A stretch of 32,000 nt of DNA from Flavobacteriaceae bacterium (GCA_965224465.1 OZ245049.1:420001-452000), one strand, 5' to 3'; numbered from the stretch's first letter, positions 1-8,834 are shown. Numbers and translations: made by a program. Notes: generated by a model from the letters alone, not told the origin.

Positions 1-48
1 AATGATGCTTAAATGTGGCAATGTAAAACAAACAATAAATTAATAATG

Positions 49-130
49 AGTCAATAACCTCGGGGCAAGCCCACGAGGCATGAAAAAGAAAAAACCTCAA
101 TCATTTCGATGCAAGCATCGGGAATTAAAC
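49..130 (+). repeat. ~80-bp intergenic repeat, copy A (copy B at 27053-27130)
   Basis: By-eye alignment to 27053-27130: AGTCAATAA(C/G)CTCG..GCAAGC.CAC.AGGCAT, an A-run, then CCT(C/T)AATCATTTCGATG(C/T)AAGCATCGGG(G)AATTAA. It contains hairpins CCTCG-GGGC-AA-GCCC-a-CGAGG (58-78) and CGATGC-AA-GCATCG (107-120). Confidence 0.8.
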
Positions 131-159
131 CCACTTGTGGGATTAAATATATTAGAAAC

Positions 160-555
160 ATGAAAAAAGTAATTTTAGCCCTTGTAATTTTTGTAACAGT
201 AGGAATCTCCTCTGCCATAGCACAAGAAAAAGTAACAAAAGCAACCTTTGGAGTACGTGGTAACTGTGGCATGTGTAAAGGAACCATAGAAAAAGCTGCA
301 AACACAGTAAATGGAGTTATAAATGCCGTATGGGATAAAGAAGCAAAAAAAATGGATGTTTCTTTTGACCCAGAAAAAACCAATACAATGCACATTCAAA
401 AATCTGTAGCAGCATCTGGTTATGATACAGAAAAAATAACTGCTTCCGTGAATGCATATGACAATCTACCTGGATGTTGTCAATATGATAAAGAACAGCA
501 AATGGGAGCTGTAAGTAAAAAATCTGTAGACACACACCATGGACACAGTCATTAA
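160..555 (+). CDS. Secreted heavy-metal-associated (HMA) domain protein with His-rich C-terminus
   Basis: Internal ATG at 160 gives MKKVILALVIFVTVGISSAIAQ, a signal peptide. It has the GNCGMCKGTIEKA CxxC metal-binding motif, a CC pair and a DTHHGHSH tail. The 109 start lies inside the upstream repeat and is unlikely. Confidence 0.8.
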   Translation: MKKVILALVIFVTVGISSAIAQEKVTKATFGVRGNCGMCKGTIEKAANTVNGVINAVWDKEAKKMDVSFDPEKTNTMHIQKSVAASGYDTEKITASVNAYDNLPGCCQYDKEQQMGAVSKKSVDTHHGHSH

Positions 556-642
556 TTAATAGCAATCCATAAATACTTTGGGAGTTATTTGAACTAATCA
601 CTCCATAATTCCCAATTTATTTTAAAAAAATCCCCTCTCTAA

Positions 643-1164
643 ATGAAAACAATTCATGTTAAAACGGCATCGCTTCTAATGTTACTATTTATAGGTATTG
701 GTCCATTAGCGTGCTATGATTTTAAAGAAAAAAATCTAGCGGATATCGAAGGTAACTATAGCGGAACTATGATAAGTAACACATCCGATAACAGTACCAT
801 TTATTGTAAAGAAACAATGGCTACAGTTTACATACGTGGTGAAAAATTAGAAATCACTTTTACTGATACTACAATGCCCCCCGCCCTAATGTTAGATTTA
901 ATTAAAAATGATACTTTATCAAAAACATGTTTAACATGTCGTACATTCTTATTTGAATTCCCCGATACATCTTCCAAACAGCTTTCTAAAAAAGGAGAAC
1001 CTCCATACATAACAGCAAGTAAATGGACAGAAGATATAAGTCTAGATACATTTAAAAACACACAACATTCTTTTGCTTTTAATACGGATGACAACAGTAT
1101 TAACTGTTGGTTTACTACAAATAAATGCACCTTTTATTTTAAAGGATCAAAAAAATATTTATAA
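643..1164 (+). CDS. Hypothetical exported protein or lipoprotein
   Basis: 173-aa ORF with an N-terminal hydrophobic signal (LLMLLFIGIGPLAC, Cys after the signal). A terminator hairpin follows it. No family recognised. Confidence 0.6.
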   Translation: MKTIHVKTASLLMLLFIGIGPLACYDFKEKNLADIEGNYSGTMISNTSDNSTIYCKETMATVYIRGEKLEITFTDTTMPPALMLDLIKNDTLSKTCLTCRTFLFEFPDTSSKQLSKKGEPPYITASKWTEDISLDTFKNTQHSFAFNTDDNSINCWFTTNKCTFYFKGSKKYL

Positions 1165-1185
1165 TTGGTTAGTTATATTTCAAAA

Positions 1186-1225
1186 AGTCATCCATGGATT
1201 GTCATGGGTGGCTTTTTATTTTTAC
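1186..1225 (+). terminator. Rho-independent terminator after the 643-1164 ORF
   Basis: AGTCATCCATG (1186-1196) pairs with CATGGGTGGCT (1203-1213): 11 bp including 2 G-U pairs, loop GATTGT. A T-rich run (TTTTTATTTTT) follows. Confidence 0.65.
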
Positions 1226-1382
1226 ACCGAGTTCATCTACATAAAAAACAGGACATCCCTAAATTTATAAACAGCACTATCGGAATGCAGTTGCTGTAAA
1301 TGCAGGTCAAAACTATTTTCCTTTTCATTAATCATTATCAATATGAACAAGTATCTTTGCCGTATAATTAAATTATTAAATA

Positions 1383-1775
1383 ATGAGCACCTGTAATTGC
1401 GGAAGTGAACAAACCTACGAGTTATGTTGTAAACCCATACATTCCGACATCTCCAATGCAAGCACAGCAGAAATGTTAATGCGCAGTAGATATACCGCTT
1501 TTTGTATGGCAAATGGTGCATACTTATTAAAAAGCCAGGCTAAAAAACATGCTCCTAGCACCTCTGAAATCAAAGAAATTGTAGCTTGGGCAAAAGCTGT
1601 TACATGGGTAAAACTAGAAGTAATGGCAAGTACAAATGGTTTAGAAACGGATACTACAGGAACCGTAACATTTAAAGCAACATACTTTGATGCAGACGGA
1701 ATGGGAATTATTGAAGAAAAATCTTTGTTCGAAAAAGAAAATGGACATTGGGTATATGTAACAGGAATCGAATAA
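1383..1775 (+). CDS. ychJ: YchJ-family (UPF0225, SEC-C motif) protein
   Basis: N-terminal C-x-CGS...LCC motif and the LMRSRYTAF signature, as in E. coli YchJ. Length 130 aa. Confidence 0.8.
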   Translation: MSTCNCGSEQTYELCCKPIHSDISNASTAEMLMRSRYTAFCMANGAYLLKSQAKKHAPSTSEIKEIVAWAKAVTWVKLEVMASTNGLETDTTGTVTFKATYFDADGMGIIEEKSLFEKENGHWVYVTGIE

Positions 1776-1777
1776 CT

Positions 1778-1957
1778 ATGGGAAAGCAAGGCAAAGAAAA
1801 AAATACAAAAAATAAAGCGAAGCACACTAAGTTAATGGATCGTAAGATAAATAAGATTCGTAAAAATAAGGATGTGACAAAAAACAAGATAAAATACTTG
1901 TTAAAAAAGCACAAAGAAACAAAAACAGAAGTAGAAAACAAATCCTCAGAAGAATAA
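1778..1957 (+). CDS. Possible small lysine-rich basic protein (59 aa)
   Basis: ATG at 1778 lies 2 nt after the ychJ stop. Its TAA stop (1955-1957) overlaps the rlmF ATG (1957-1959) as TAATG. The product MGKQGKEKNTKNKAKH... is extremely K-rich. No homology recognised. Confidence 0.35.
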   Translation: MGKQGKEKNTKNKAKHTKLMDRKINKIRKNKDVTKNKIKYLLKKHKETKTEVENKSSEE

Positions 1958-2853
1958 TGAAGGCGAAAGAATCAAAGGGATTACATCCACAGAACAAGCA
2001 TCTATTGGGCTATGATTTTCCAAAACTTATGGAAGTATTACCCGCTCTTAAGGAGTTTGTAGCTCCAAATAAATTCGGAAATTTAAGCATTAATTTTGCG
2101 GACTCAAAAGCGGTAAAAACATTCAATCGTGCCTTGTTAAAAAGTGATTATAATATAAATTTCTGGGAGTTTCCCGACGAGAACCTCTGCCCTCCTATTC
2201 CTGGCAGAGTAGATTATTTACACTATTTATCGGACTTAGTAGCATCGGATAATGGGACAATATTAGATATTGGAACTGGAGCAACATGCATCTATCCCCT
2301 ATTGGGAACAGCGCTTAATAATTGGAATTTTGTTGCGACAGACATTGACCAAGAAACCTTAGATATTGCTGAAAACATCATTCAAAAGAACCAATTAGAA
2401 GACCGCATAATACTGCAATTTCAAGAAGATGAAAACCATATTTTTAAAGGGATTATTAGAAAAGAAGATCGTTTTTTAGCCAGTGTATGTAACCCTCCTT
2501 TTTACAAATCGGCAGAAGAAGCTGCTGGTGCTAATAACAGAAAACTAAAAGGTCTTGGACTTAAAAACGAGCCTAATAAACGTAATTTTTCTGGAAACAA
2601 AAACGAATTGTGGTACATAGGAGGTGAAAAAGCATTTGTACATACCTATTTATATGAAAGTTCATTTTTTAAAGAAAACTGCTGTTGGTTTACAACATTA
2701 CTTTCTAATAAAGATCATTTAAAAAGTATCTATAGCTCTTTAAAAAAGCTAGGAGCGACAGAAGTAAAGACTATACCCATGGTACAGGGAAACAAAGTAA
2801 CACGTGTAGTTGCATGGTCTTTTTTAACCAGTGAAGAACGAGATAAATTCTAG
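1957..2853 (+). CDS. rlmF: 23S rRNA (adenine1618-N6)-methyltransferase RlmF
   Basis: Collinear by eye with E. coli RlmF/YbiN: GLHPQNKH, LCPPIPGRVDYLHYLSDL, ILDIGTGATCIYPLLG, CNPPFY, ELWYIGGE. Confidence 0.9.
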   Translation: MKAKESKGLHPQNKHLLGYDFPKLMEVLPALKEFVAPNKFGNLSINFADSKAVKTFNRALLKSDYNINFWEFPDENLCPPIPGRVDYLHYLSDLVASDNGTILDIGTGATCIYPLLGTALNNWNFVATDIDQETLDIAENIIQKNQLEDRIILQFQEDENHIFKGIIRKEDRFLASVCNPPFYKSAEEAAGANNRKLKGLGLKNEPNKRNFSGNKNELWYIGGEKAFVHTYLYESSFFKENCCWFTTLLSNKDHLKSIYSSLKKLGATEVKTIPMVQGNKVTRVVAWSFLTSEERDKF

Positions 2854-2873
2854 TTTACATCACGCTTAATAGC

Positions 2874-3032
2874 GAGTAATACCAAATACATTTCCAAGTG
2901 GCGGTTTAGAAATGGAATTGTTTTTTGTTCTAGTTAGGCGAAAAATGGAAGGATAGCTATCATTCTGTTTTTCAACAACGCCAGCACGTAAAATAAACTA
3001 TTTATATCGGTTATTTTGGATTGTAATTGGTA
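2874..3032 (+). repeat. ~160-bp imperfectly palindromic intergenic element, copy 1
   Basis: Aligns by eye to 7473-7637 (+) and to the reverse complement of 12353-12506. Its arms are inverted repeats (ATACCAAATACATTTCCAAGTGGCGG... / ...CGGTTATTTTGGATTGTAATTGGTA). The centre is the perfect palindrome GATAGCTATC. Confidence 0.85.
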
Positions 3033-3220
3033 AGGTATGTCTCTAAGAGAACCTTTTCAAATTCGTTGTGTTTATTTTTGTGGATAAAAATGAAAAATAA
3101 TCACTTTTACACATTAAAATTAGTAGTAATTTGCAGAAAAATTCAGAGATTCAACTTTAAACAGATTCATCCAAAATTGTTTATTTGTAATCCAATCTAA
3201 AGTCATTTAAAAAGCACAAA

Positions 3221-5527
3221 ATGAAAGTATGCATCGCCGAGAAACCAAGTGTAGCAAGAGAAATTGCCCAAATATTAGGCGCAACTACAAAGCGTGATGG
3301 CTATTTTGAAGGCAATGGCTATGCGGTCACCTATACTTTTGGACATTTATGTACATTATTTGAACCCGTAGATTACAAACCACATTGGAAAAGCTGGGAT
3401 TTAAACAACCTCCCCATGCTTCCAGAGAAATTCCAAACAAAAGTTGTTGCCAACGAAGGAATACAAAAGCAGTTTAGTATTGTTAAGAGTCTTTTTGATA
3501 AAGCAACAGTTATTATCAACTGCGGGGATGCTGGGCAGGAAGGGGAATTGATCCAACGCTGGGTAATTAACCAAGCTGGGTATACAGGTGAGGTACAACG
3601 ATTGTGGATTTCCTCACTTACAACAGAAGCGATTACAGAAGGCTTTGCCAACCTAAAACCGGCATCTGATTATGACAATTTATACTACGCAGGATTCTCT
3701 AGATCTATAGGAGACTGGCTGTTAGGAATGAACGCTACAAGATTGTACACGGTAAAACATGGCGGATACAAGCAAGTTTTATCCGTAGGTAGAGTTCAAA
3801 CACCTACCCTAGCAATGTTAGTAAATCGACATTTGGAAATTCAACATTTTAAACCTGTAACCTATTGGGAATTACAAACTACTTATAGATCCACACTTTT
3901 TAATTGTGAAGAAGGTAGGTTTACAAGCAAAGAAAAAGGAGAAGAATTTGCCAATAAGGTAAAAGAAGACGATTTTGAAATTACTTCCATCGTTAAGAAA
4001 AAAGGAAAAGAATTTGCACCTAAGCTATTTGACTTAACGGGGCTACAGGTGTATTGCAATACAAAGTTTGGTTTTACTGCGGATGAAACCCTTAAGATTA
4101 TTCAAAAATTATACGAACAAAAACAGGTTACTTATCCAAGGGTTGATACCACATTTTTACCAAATGATGTCTACCCAAAAATAGCTGGAATTTTAAGTAA
4201 ACTTACAAAATATCGCCGTTTAACGGAGGTCTTGTTGGGCAAAAAAATCAAGAAATCTTCCAAGGTTTTTAATGATAAAAAAGTAACGGATCACCATGCC
4301 ATTATTCCAACAGGAATTGAAGGACAACTATATGGAGCCCAAGCACAAGTATACGATATTATCACCAAGCGATTTATAGCTGTTTTTTATGATGAGAGTA
4401 TTATTTCAAATACTGCTGTAAAAGGAAAAGTAGCCGATGTAAAATTCAAAACCAGCGGAAAAGAAATCATTGAAAAAGGATGGCGAGTAGTTTTTGAAGA
4501 TCCGAATGCCGTACTTAAAAAGAAGGATATTGGAGAAAAAATCATGCCTACTTTTGAAAAAGGAGAGAAAGGACCTCACCAACCTTCATTTTTAGAAAAA
4601 GATACAAATCCACCTAAATACTATACAGAAGCCACCTTACTAAGAGCTATGGAAACTGCGGGGAAACAGGTAGATGACGAGGAAATGCGTGAATTAATGA
4701 AAGAAAATGGAATTGGGAGACCTTCTACGCGCGCCAATATTATTGAAACATTGTTTCGACGAAAATACGTAGCACGTAAAAAGAAATTACTCATCCCTTC
4801 AGAAACTGGAATCCAATTGATTGCTACCATTCAAAACGAATTGTTAAAATCAGCGGAACTTACAGGACGTTGGGAAAAACAATTAAAGGACATCGAACAA
4901 GGCACATATAGCGTGACACAGTTTATCAATAATATGAAACAGATGGTAGAACAATTGGTGTATGAAGTGCGTTCCAATCAAAGATCTGCCAAAATTAGCC
5001 ACACTACAGAACCCCTTGTAATCGCAAAAAAAACAGTTAAAAAACAAAAGGGAATTGCCACCGAAAAATGTCCTAAATGCAAACAAGGAAGCTTATTAAA
5101 AGGCACTTCTGCGTATGGATGTAGTAATTACAAAAACGGCTGTGATCTAAAATTGCCTTTTACATTTCTAGGTAAAAATATTTCTGAAAATCAATACATT
5201 AGACTGCTTCAAAAAGGCTGTACTGTAAACTTAAAAGGATTTAAAACTGGCGAAGGTAAACAGGATGGATTGGTTCGCTTTACCGATACCTACGAATTAA
5301 AATTAGAACTAAAAAAAGAAAAAGAAAGTCCTAAGGATAGTTCCGTTATTTTATGTCCTAAATGTAACAAAGGAACAATTCTTAAAGGAAAATCCGCCTA
5401 TGGTTGCAGCAACCATAACAAAGGATGTGATTTCACCTGTACTTTTGATTTTATTAGAGAAAAAGCAAATGGTGCTGCATTAAACAAAGAATTGGTGGTC
5501 CGTATCTTAAAATTAGCGGTAGGCTAA
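3221..5527 (+). CDS. topB: DNA topoisomerase III (type IA) with two C-terminal zinc-ribbon repeats
   Basis: N-terminal Toprim (MKVCIAEKPSVAREIA, DAGQEGELI), then GRVQTPTLAMLV and the active-site region QVTYPRVDT. Two CPKC..G.LLKG.SAYGCSN...GC repeats follow. Confidence 0.92.
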   Translation: MKVCIAEKPSVAREIAQILGATTKRDGYFEGNGYAVTYTFGHLCTLFEPVDYKPHWKSWDLNNLPMLPEKFQTKVVANEGIQKQFSIVKSLFDKATVIINCGDAGQEGELIQRWVINQAGYTGEVQRLWISSLTTEAITEGFANLKPASDYDNLYYAGFSRSIGDWLLGMNATRLYTVKHGGYKQVLSVGRVQTPTLAMLVNRHLEIQHFKPVTYWELQTTYRSTLFNCEEGRFTSKEKGEEFANKVKEDDFEITSIVKKKGKEFAPKLFDLTGLQVYCNTKFGFTADETLKIIQKLYEQKQVTYPRVDTTFLPNDVYPKIAGILSKLTKYRRLTEVLLGKKIKKSSKVFNDKKVTDHHAIIPTGIEGQLYGAQAQVYDIITKRFIAVFYDESIISNTAVKGKVADVKFKTSGKEIIEKGWRVVFEDPNAVLKKKDIGEKIMPTFEKGEKGPHQPSFLEKDTNPPKYYTEATLLRAMETAGKQVDDEEMRELMKENGIGRPSTRANIIETLFRRKYVARKKKLLIPSETGIQLIATIQNELLKSAELTGRWEKQLKDIEQGTYSVTQFINNMKQMVEQLVYEVRSNQRSAKISHTTEPLVIAKKTVKKQKGIATEKCPKCKQGSLLKGTSAYGCSNYKNGCDLKLPFTFLGKNISENQYIRLLQKGCTVNLKGFKTGEGKQDGLVRFTDTYELKLELKKEKESPKDSSVILCPKCNKGTILKGKSAYGCSNHNKGCDFTCTFDFIREKANGAALNKELVVRILKLAVG

Positions 5528-6052
5528 TTTAATTTCTCGCAATGTTTTAACAGATTGGATCAATTGCAAGACAATTTGTTTTCTCAATTCCTGTGGATCT
5601 TCCGCATCCAAATGTTTCAGCCATCCATCCTTTTCAAAAATCTCTTTGATTTCTCGCATACGTTTTAAGGTATAGCCCGATGTTTTCACAAGAGAGTTTT
5701 GTGTATTTTTTTCTGATAACAGATGGTGATATTGCGCCGTGTTTGAATCAAAATCTACCTTGATAAAATACAATTCGGCGTTGCTGGTATCCGCATAAAA
5801 ACTCGTCCACTTAGCAAATCCAAGTTTGGCTCCTTCGCTGCGTTCAAGGCTACTCTTTTCCAATCTCCATCTACAATTGGCAGCACGCCCCCAATGGTTA
5901 GACAATCGGTAAACTCCCGCATCCTCGTAAAAATAAGAACTTCCAGATTTACTGATATAATTCGCTTTTTTATTGGCAATTTCAGAGAGATCTACCCCTG
6001 TAAATATGCAGTATGTATGTTTAAAAAAATTGTATCTATTGTATGTTTTCAT
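5513..6052 (-). CDS. Hypothetical protein (179 aa)
   Basis: Clean ORF with non-repetitive composition. Its 3' end overlaps the topB 3' end by 15 bp (convergent). No family recognised; a notable motif is SNHWGRAANCRW. Confidence 0.55.
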   Translation of the reverse strand: MKTYNRYNFFKHTYCIFTGVDLSEIANKKANYISKSGSSYFYEDAGVYRLSNHWGRAANCRWRLEKSSLERSEGAKLGFAKWTSFYADTSNAELYFIKVDFDSNTAQYHHLLSEKNTQNSLVKTSGYTLKRMREIKEIFEKDGWLKHLDAEDPQELRKQIVLQLIQSVKTLREIKLAYR

Positions 6053-6152
6053 AGTTCAAATAAAGTGTAAAAATAAAATATTTTACTCAAAAAGGAATAA
6101 TTTTTTAATTCCATTATAAAAACTATCTTTAAAATCTAAAAACTATGAATAT

Positions 6153-7478
6153 ATGCAACAAGAAGAAACATTATGGGGACATCCTAAGGGATTGTACATT
6201 TTATTTTTTACCGAATTATGGGAGCGATTTTCATTTTACGGCATGCGTGCAATTTTAATCCTATATTTAGTAGCAAAAACAACAGGCGATAACCCAGGAA
6301 TGGGATGGGAAAAAGTAAATGCCCTTGAGTTATACGGATGGTACACCATGATGGTCTATGTTATGGCAGTACCAGGAGGCATCTTAGCGGATCGATATTT
6401 AGGGCAAAAAAAAACAGTAATGTTGGGAGGTTTTTTATTGTGTATCGGGCATTTAATTTTGGCATTTGATACCGTTATGGCATTTTATACAGGACTTGTT
6501 TTTATTGTACTTGGTGTGGGAGGCCTAAAACCCAATGTATCCTCTATGGTAGGTGGACTATACACAAAAACTGATAGTAAAAGAGAATCTGCCTTTACCA
6601 TTTTTTATATAGGGATTAATATTGGTGCTTTTACAGCTCCAATTCTCGTAGGATATTTAGGTGAAACCATCAGTTGGCATTACGGATTTGGATTGGCTGG
6701 TATAGGGATGATTATAGGACAGTTGGTTTATATATGGGGACAAAAATACTTAAGACATATCGGGAATTTTGTCCCACATAAAATAGATGCACGAACAAAC
6801 AAAAAAGTACCTCTCACAAAAATAGAAAAAGATAGAATTGTTTTATTAATTCTTTCATTTATCATTGTTATTGTTTTTTGGGGTGCCTATGAGCAAGCCG
6901 GTGGTTTGATGAATATCTACGCCAAAGAAAAAATAAACCGCGTGTTATTGGGTGTAGAAATACCTGCTAGTTTTTTACAATCCCTACCTGCATTATTTGT
7001 AATTCTAACAGGAGGACCCATTGCTTATTTTTGGATGCGATGGAAAAAAGCAGGGCGTGAATCCTCTTCTGTATTAAAAATGGGATTGGGAACAATTATT
7101 ATGGGATTTGGTTTTTTAGTCTTGGTTGGTGCAGCAAACCAAACCTTAATCTCAATTGATGGAAAAGCGTCCATATATTGGATGTTTGGTGCCTATTTTT
7201 TACATGTCATAGGTGAATTATGTGTGGCTCCTGTAGCACTTTCCTTTATAACAAAAATGTCACCGCTTAAATATGCCTCTTTAATGATGGGGGCCTACTT
7301 TTTTGTAACAGGAATTGGTAATAAATTAGCAGGAATCATTGGGAAAGCTGCGCAAACGGCGGGAGAAATGACTATATTTATAGGCGTTTTCTTGTTTTGC
7401 GTACTTTTTGGAATTGTATTAATTGTATTTGTAAAACAATTAAAAAAACTGGCACATGGTGCGGATGTAATTGAGTAA
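6153..7478 (+). CDS. Proton-dependent oligopeptide transporter (POT/PTR2 family MFS)
   Basis: PTR2 signature GHPKGLYILFFTELWERFSFYGMRAILILYL. I count 12 hydrophobic segments. Confidence 0.9.
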   Translation: MQQEETLWGHPKGLYILFFTELWERFSFYGMRAILILYLVAKTTGDNPGMGWEKVNALELYGWYTMMVYVMAVPGGILADRYLGQKKTVMLGGFLLCIGHLILAFDTVMAFYTGLVFIVLGVGGLKPNVSSMVGGLYTKTDSKRESAFTIFYIGINIGAFTAPILVGYLGETISWHYGFGLAGIGMIIGQLVYIWGQKYLRHIGNFVPHKIDARTNKKVPLTKIEKDRIVLLILSFIIVIVFWGAYEQAGGLMNIYAKEKINRVLLGVEIPASFLQSLPALFVILTGGPIAYFWMRWKKAGRESSSVLKMGLGTIIMGFGFLVLVGAANQTLISIDGKASIYWMFGAYFLHVIGELCVAPVALSFITKMSPLKYASLMMGAYFFVTGIGNKLAGIIGKAAQTAGEMTIFIGVFLFCVLFGIVLIVFVKQLKKLAHGADVIE

Positions 7479-7637
7479 TACCAAATACATTTCCAAGTGA
7501 CGGTTTAGAAATGGATTTGTTTTTTGTTATAGCTAGGCGAAAAATATAAGGATAGCCTTAGCTATCGTTCTATTTTTTAACAACGCTAGAACGTAAAATA
7601 ACCTATTTGTATCTGTCATTTTGGGTTGTAATTGGTA
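7473..7637 (+). repeat. ~160-bp palindromic intergenic element, copy 2
   Basis: Same element as 2874-3032. The shared sequence begins at GAGTAATACC, which includes the last sense codon and the TAA stop of the POT gene. The centre is GATAGC-CTTA-GCTATC. Confidence 0.85.
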
Positions 7638-7688
7638 TCATAGCTGATATTGTGTACACTGAGGCTTATAAAAAAAAAGAAAATTTAT

Positions 7689-8372
7689 ATGAAAAATTTA
7701 GTTGTGTTAACGGGAGCAGGAATAAGTGCAGAAAGTGGAATTAAAACATTTAGAGATGCTGATGGGCTATGGGAAGGACATGATGTTATGGAAGTAGCAT
7801 CTCCCAAAGGTTGGGACAAAAACAAAGCATTGGTTCTTGATTTTTACAACAAACGCCGGTCTCAATTAAAAGAAGTACAGCCTAACTCTGCCCATAAATT
7901 CCTAGCCTATTTAGAACAGTATTTCAAGGTCAACATCATCACTCAAAATGTTGATAATTTACACGAACGTGCTGGAAGCAATAATGTATTGCATTTACAT
8001 GGAGAGCTTTTAAAAGTACAAAGTACAGAAGACAGTAGTTTAGTTTACCATTGGGAAAACGAATTAGTCTTAGGAGATGTTGGAGCTGACAATGCACAAC
8101 TGCGTCCAAATATTGTATGGTTTGGGGAAGATGTTCCTTTACTAGAAACAGCTGCTTCCATCACAGAAACAGCTGATATATTGGTGATTATTGGTACTTC
8201 AATGCAAGTATACCCAGCAGCTAGTTTGATTGATTATATCAAAATAGGTACACCTATTTATTTTATAGACCCAAAACCAAGCATCCACAAAAAAAGCTAC
8301 CCAAACCTAACTATTATCCCAAAAAATGCTGTAGAAGGAATGACCGAGTTGGTACAATTATTGACCCGCTAA
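7689..8372 (+). CDS. cobB: NAD-dependent protein deacylase, Sir2 family
   Basis: VVLTGAGISAESGIKTFRDADGLW, ITQNVDNLHERAG and LHLHG motifs. The ATG at 7689 is preferred over the TTG at 7650 used by the track. Confidence 0.9.
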   Translation: MKNLVVLTGAGISAESGIKTFRDADGLWEGHDVMEVASPKGWDKNKALVLDFYNKRRSQLKEVQPNSAHKFLAYLEQYFKVNIITQNVDNLHERAGSNNVLHLHGELLKVQSTEDSSLVYHWENELVLGDVGADNAQLRPNIVWFGEDVPLLETAASITETADILVIIGTSMQVYPAASLIDYIKIGTPIYFIDPKPSIHKKSYPNLTIIPKNAVEGMTELVQLLTR

Positions 8373-8834
8373 CATTTCTGACATCGCCTCAAACAGTTCA
8401 CCGTTGGTAATAGATGCCCCTTTTTCTATCAAGTCAAAAACTTCAATATTCCGTTCCCCTTCGTAGGTTTTACTTGCTTTAAAATAAGAAACAGATTCGT
8501 CGTTAGAATTGTTGAAAAACCATTGGAAACCTTTCTGTTCCATTAAATTAATGCCTTCTTTTTTCACTTCCACTACAATACGGTGAATTTGATCTTGATT
8601 GCATTTAAATAGATTGATAGAATCCTCCGAAAAATGTTCTAAATACTCCATTTTTGCCAATACATTCTCCCAAACAGTATCGCTAAAAATATCTAATTCC
8701 TCATCCGCCATGCTCGGGTTATCCGTTTTTATACGATTCCACTCTGCTACATCAATTTGTTGGGTTGCCAAGAATTTTGAAAACTCTTCATGCAATGCTT
8801 CAAATTGTTCTTTTGATAATTGTCTATATTTCAT
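8358..8834 (-). CDS. Hypothetical acidic cytoplasmic protein (158 aa)
   Basis: Clean ORF. Its 3' end overlaps the cobB 3' end by 15 bp (convergent). No family recognised with confidence. Confidence 0.6.
   Translation of the reverse strand: MKYRQLSKEQFEALHEEFSKFLATQQIDVAEWNRIKTDNPSMADEELDIFSDTVWENVLAKMEYLEHFSEDSINLFKCNQDQIHRIVVEVKKEGINLMEQKGFQWFFNNSNDESVSYFKASKTYEGERNIEVFDLIEKGASITNGELFEAMSEMLAGQ

Noticed and set aside
109-159. Upstream ATG at 109 as the start of the HMA protein.
   Set aside because: It lies inside the ~80-bp intergenic repeat. The ATG at 160 begins a canonical signal peptide.
828-1130. Antisense or alternative-frame track ORFs inside well-supported genes. Examples: 51-395, 175-399, 317-601, 828-1130, 1415-1825, 1708-1941, 3373-3651, 4621-4830, 10738-10971, 11137-11340, 11602-11886, 14792-14983, 15448-15663, 16120-16326, 18199-18390, 18442-18669, 19482-19715, 25768-26001, 26212-26406, 31492-31749.
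   Set aside because: Each overlaps a gene with strong family signatures on the other strand or frame. Their products are low-complexity or hydrophobic nonsense typical of AT-rich shadow ORFs.
6153-7478. Possibility that the 160-bp element truncated the POT transporter, which is only 441 aa.
   Set aside because: I count a full set of 12 hydrophobic segments and an intact PTR2 signature, so the protein looks complete. The element supplies only the last sense codon and the stop.
7650-7688. Track starts at 7650 (TTG, cobB), 16504 (priA) and 25151 (TTG, mnmE).
   Set aside because: The downstream ATGs at 7689, 16459 and 25184 give N-termini that match the conserved family starts. The extensions add non-conserved residues and intrude into promoter or repeat sequence.
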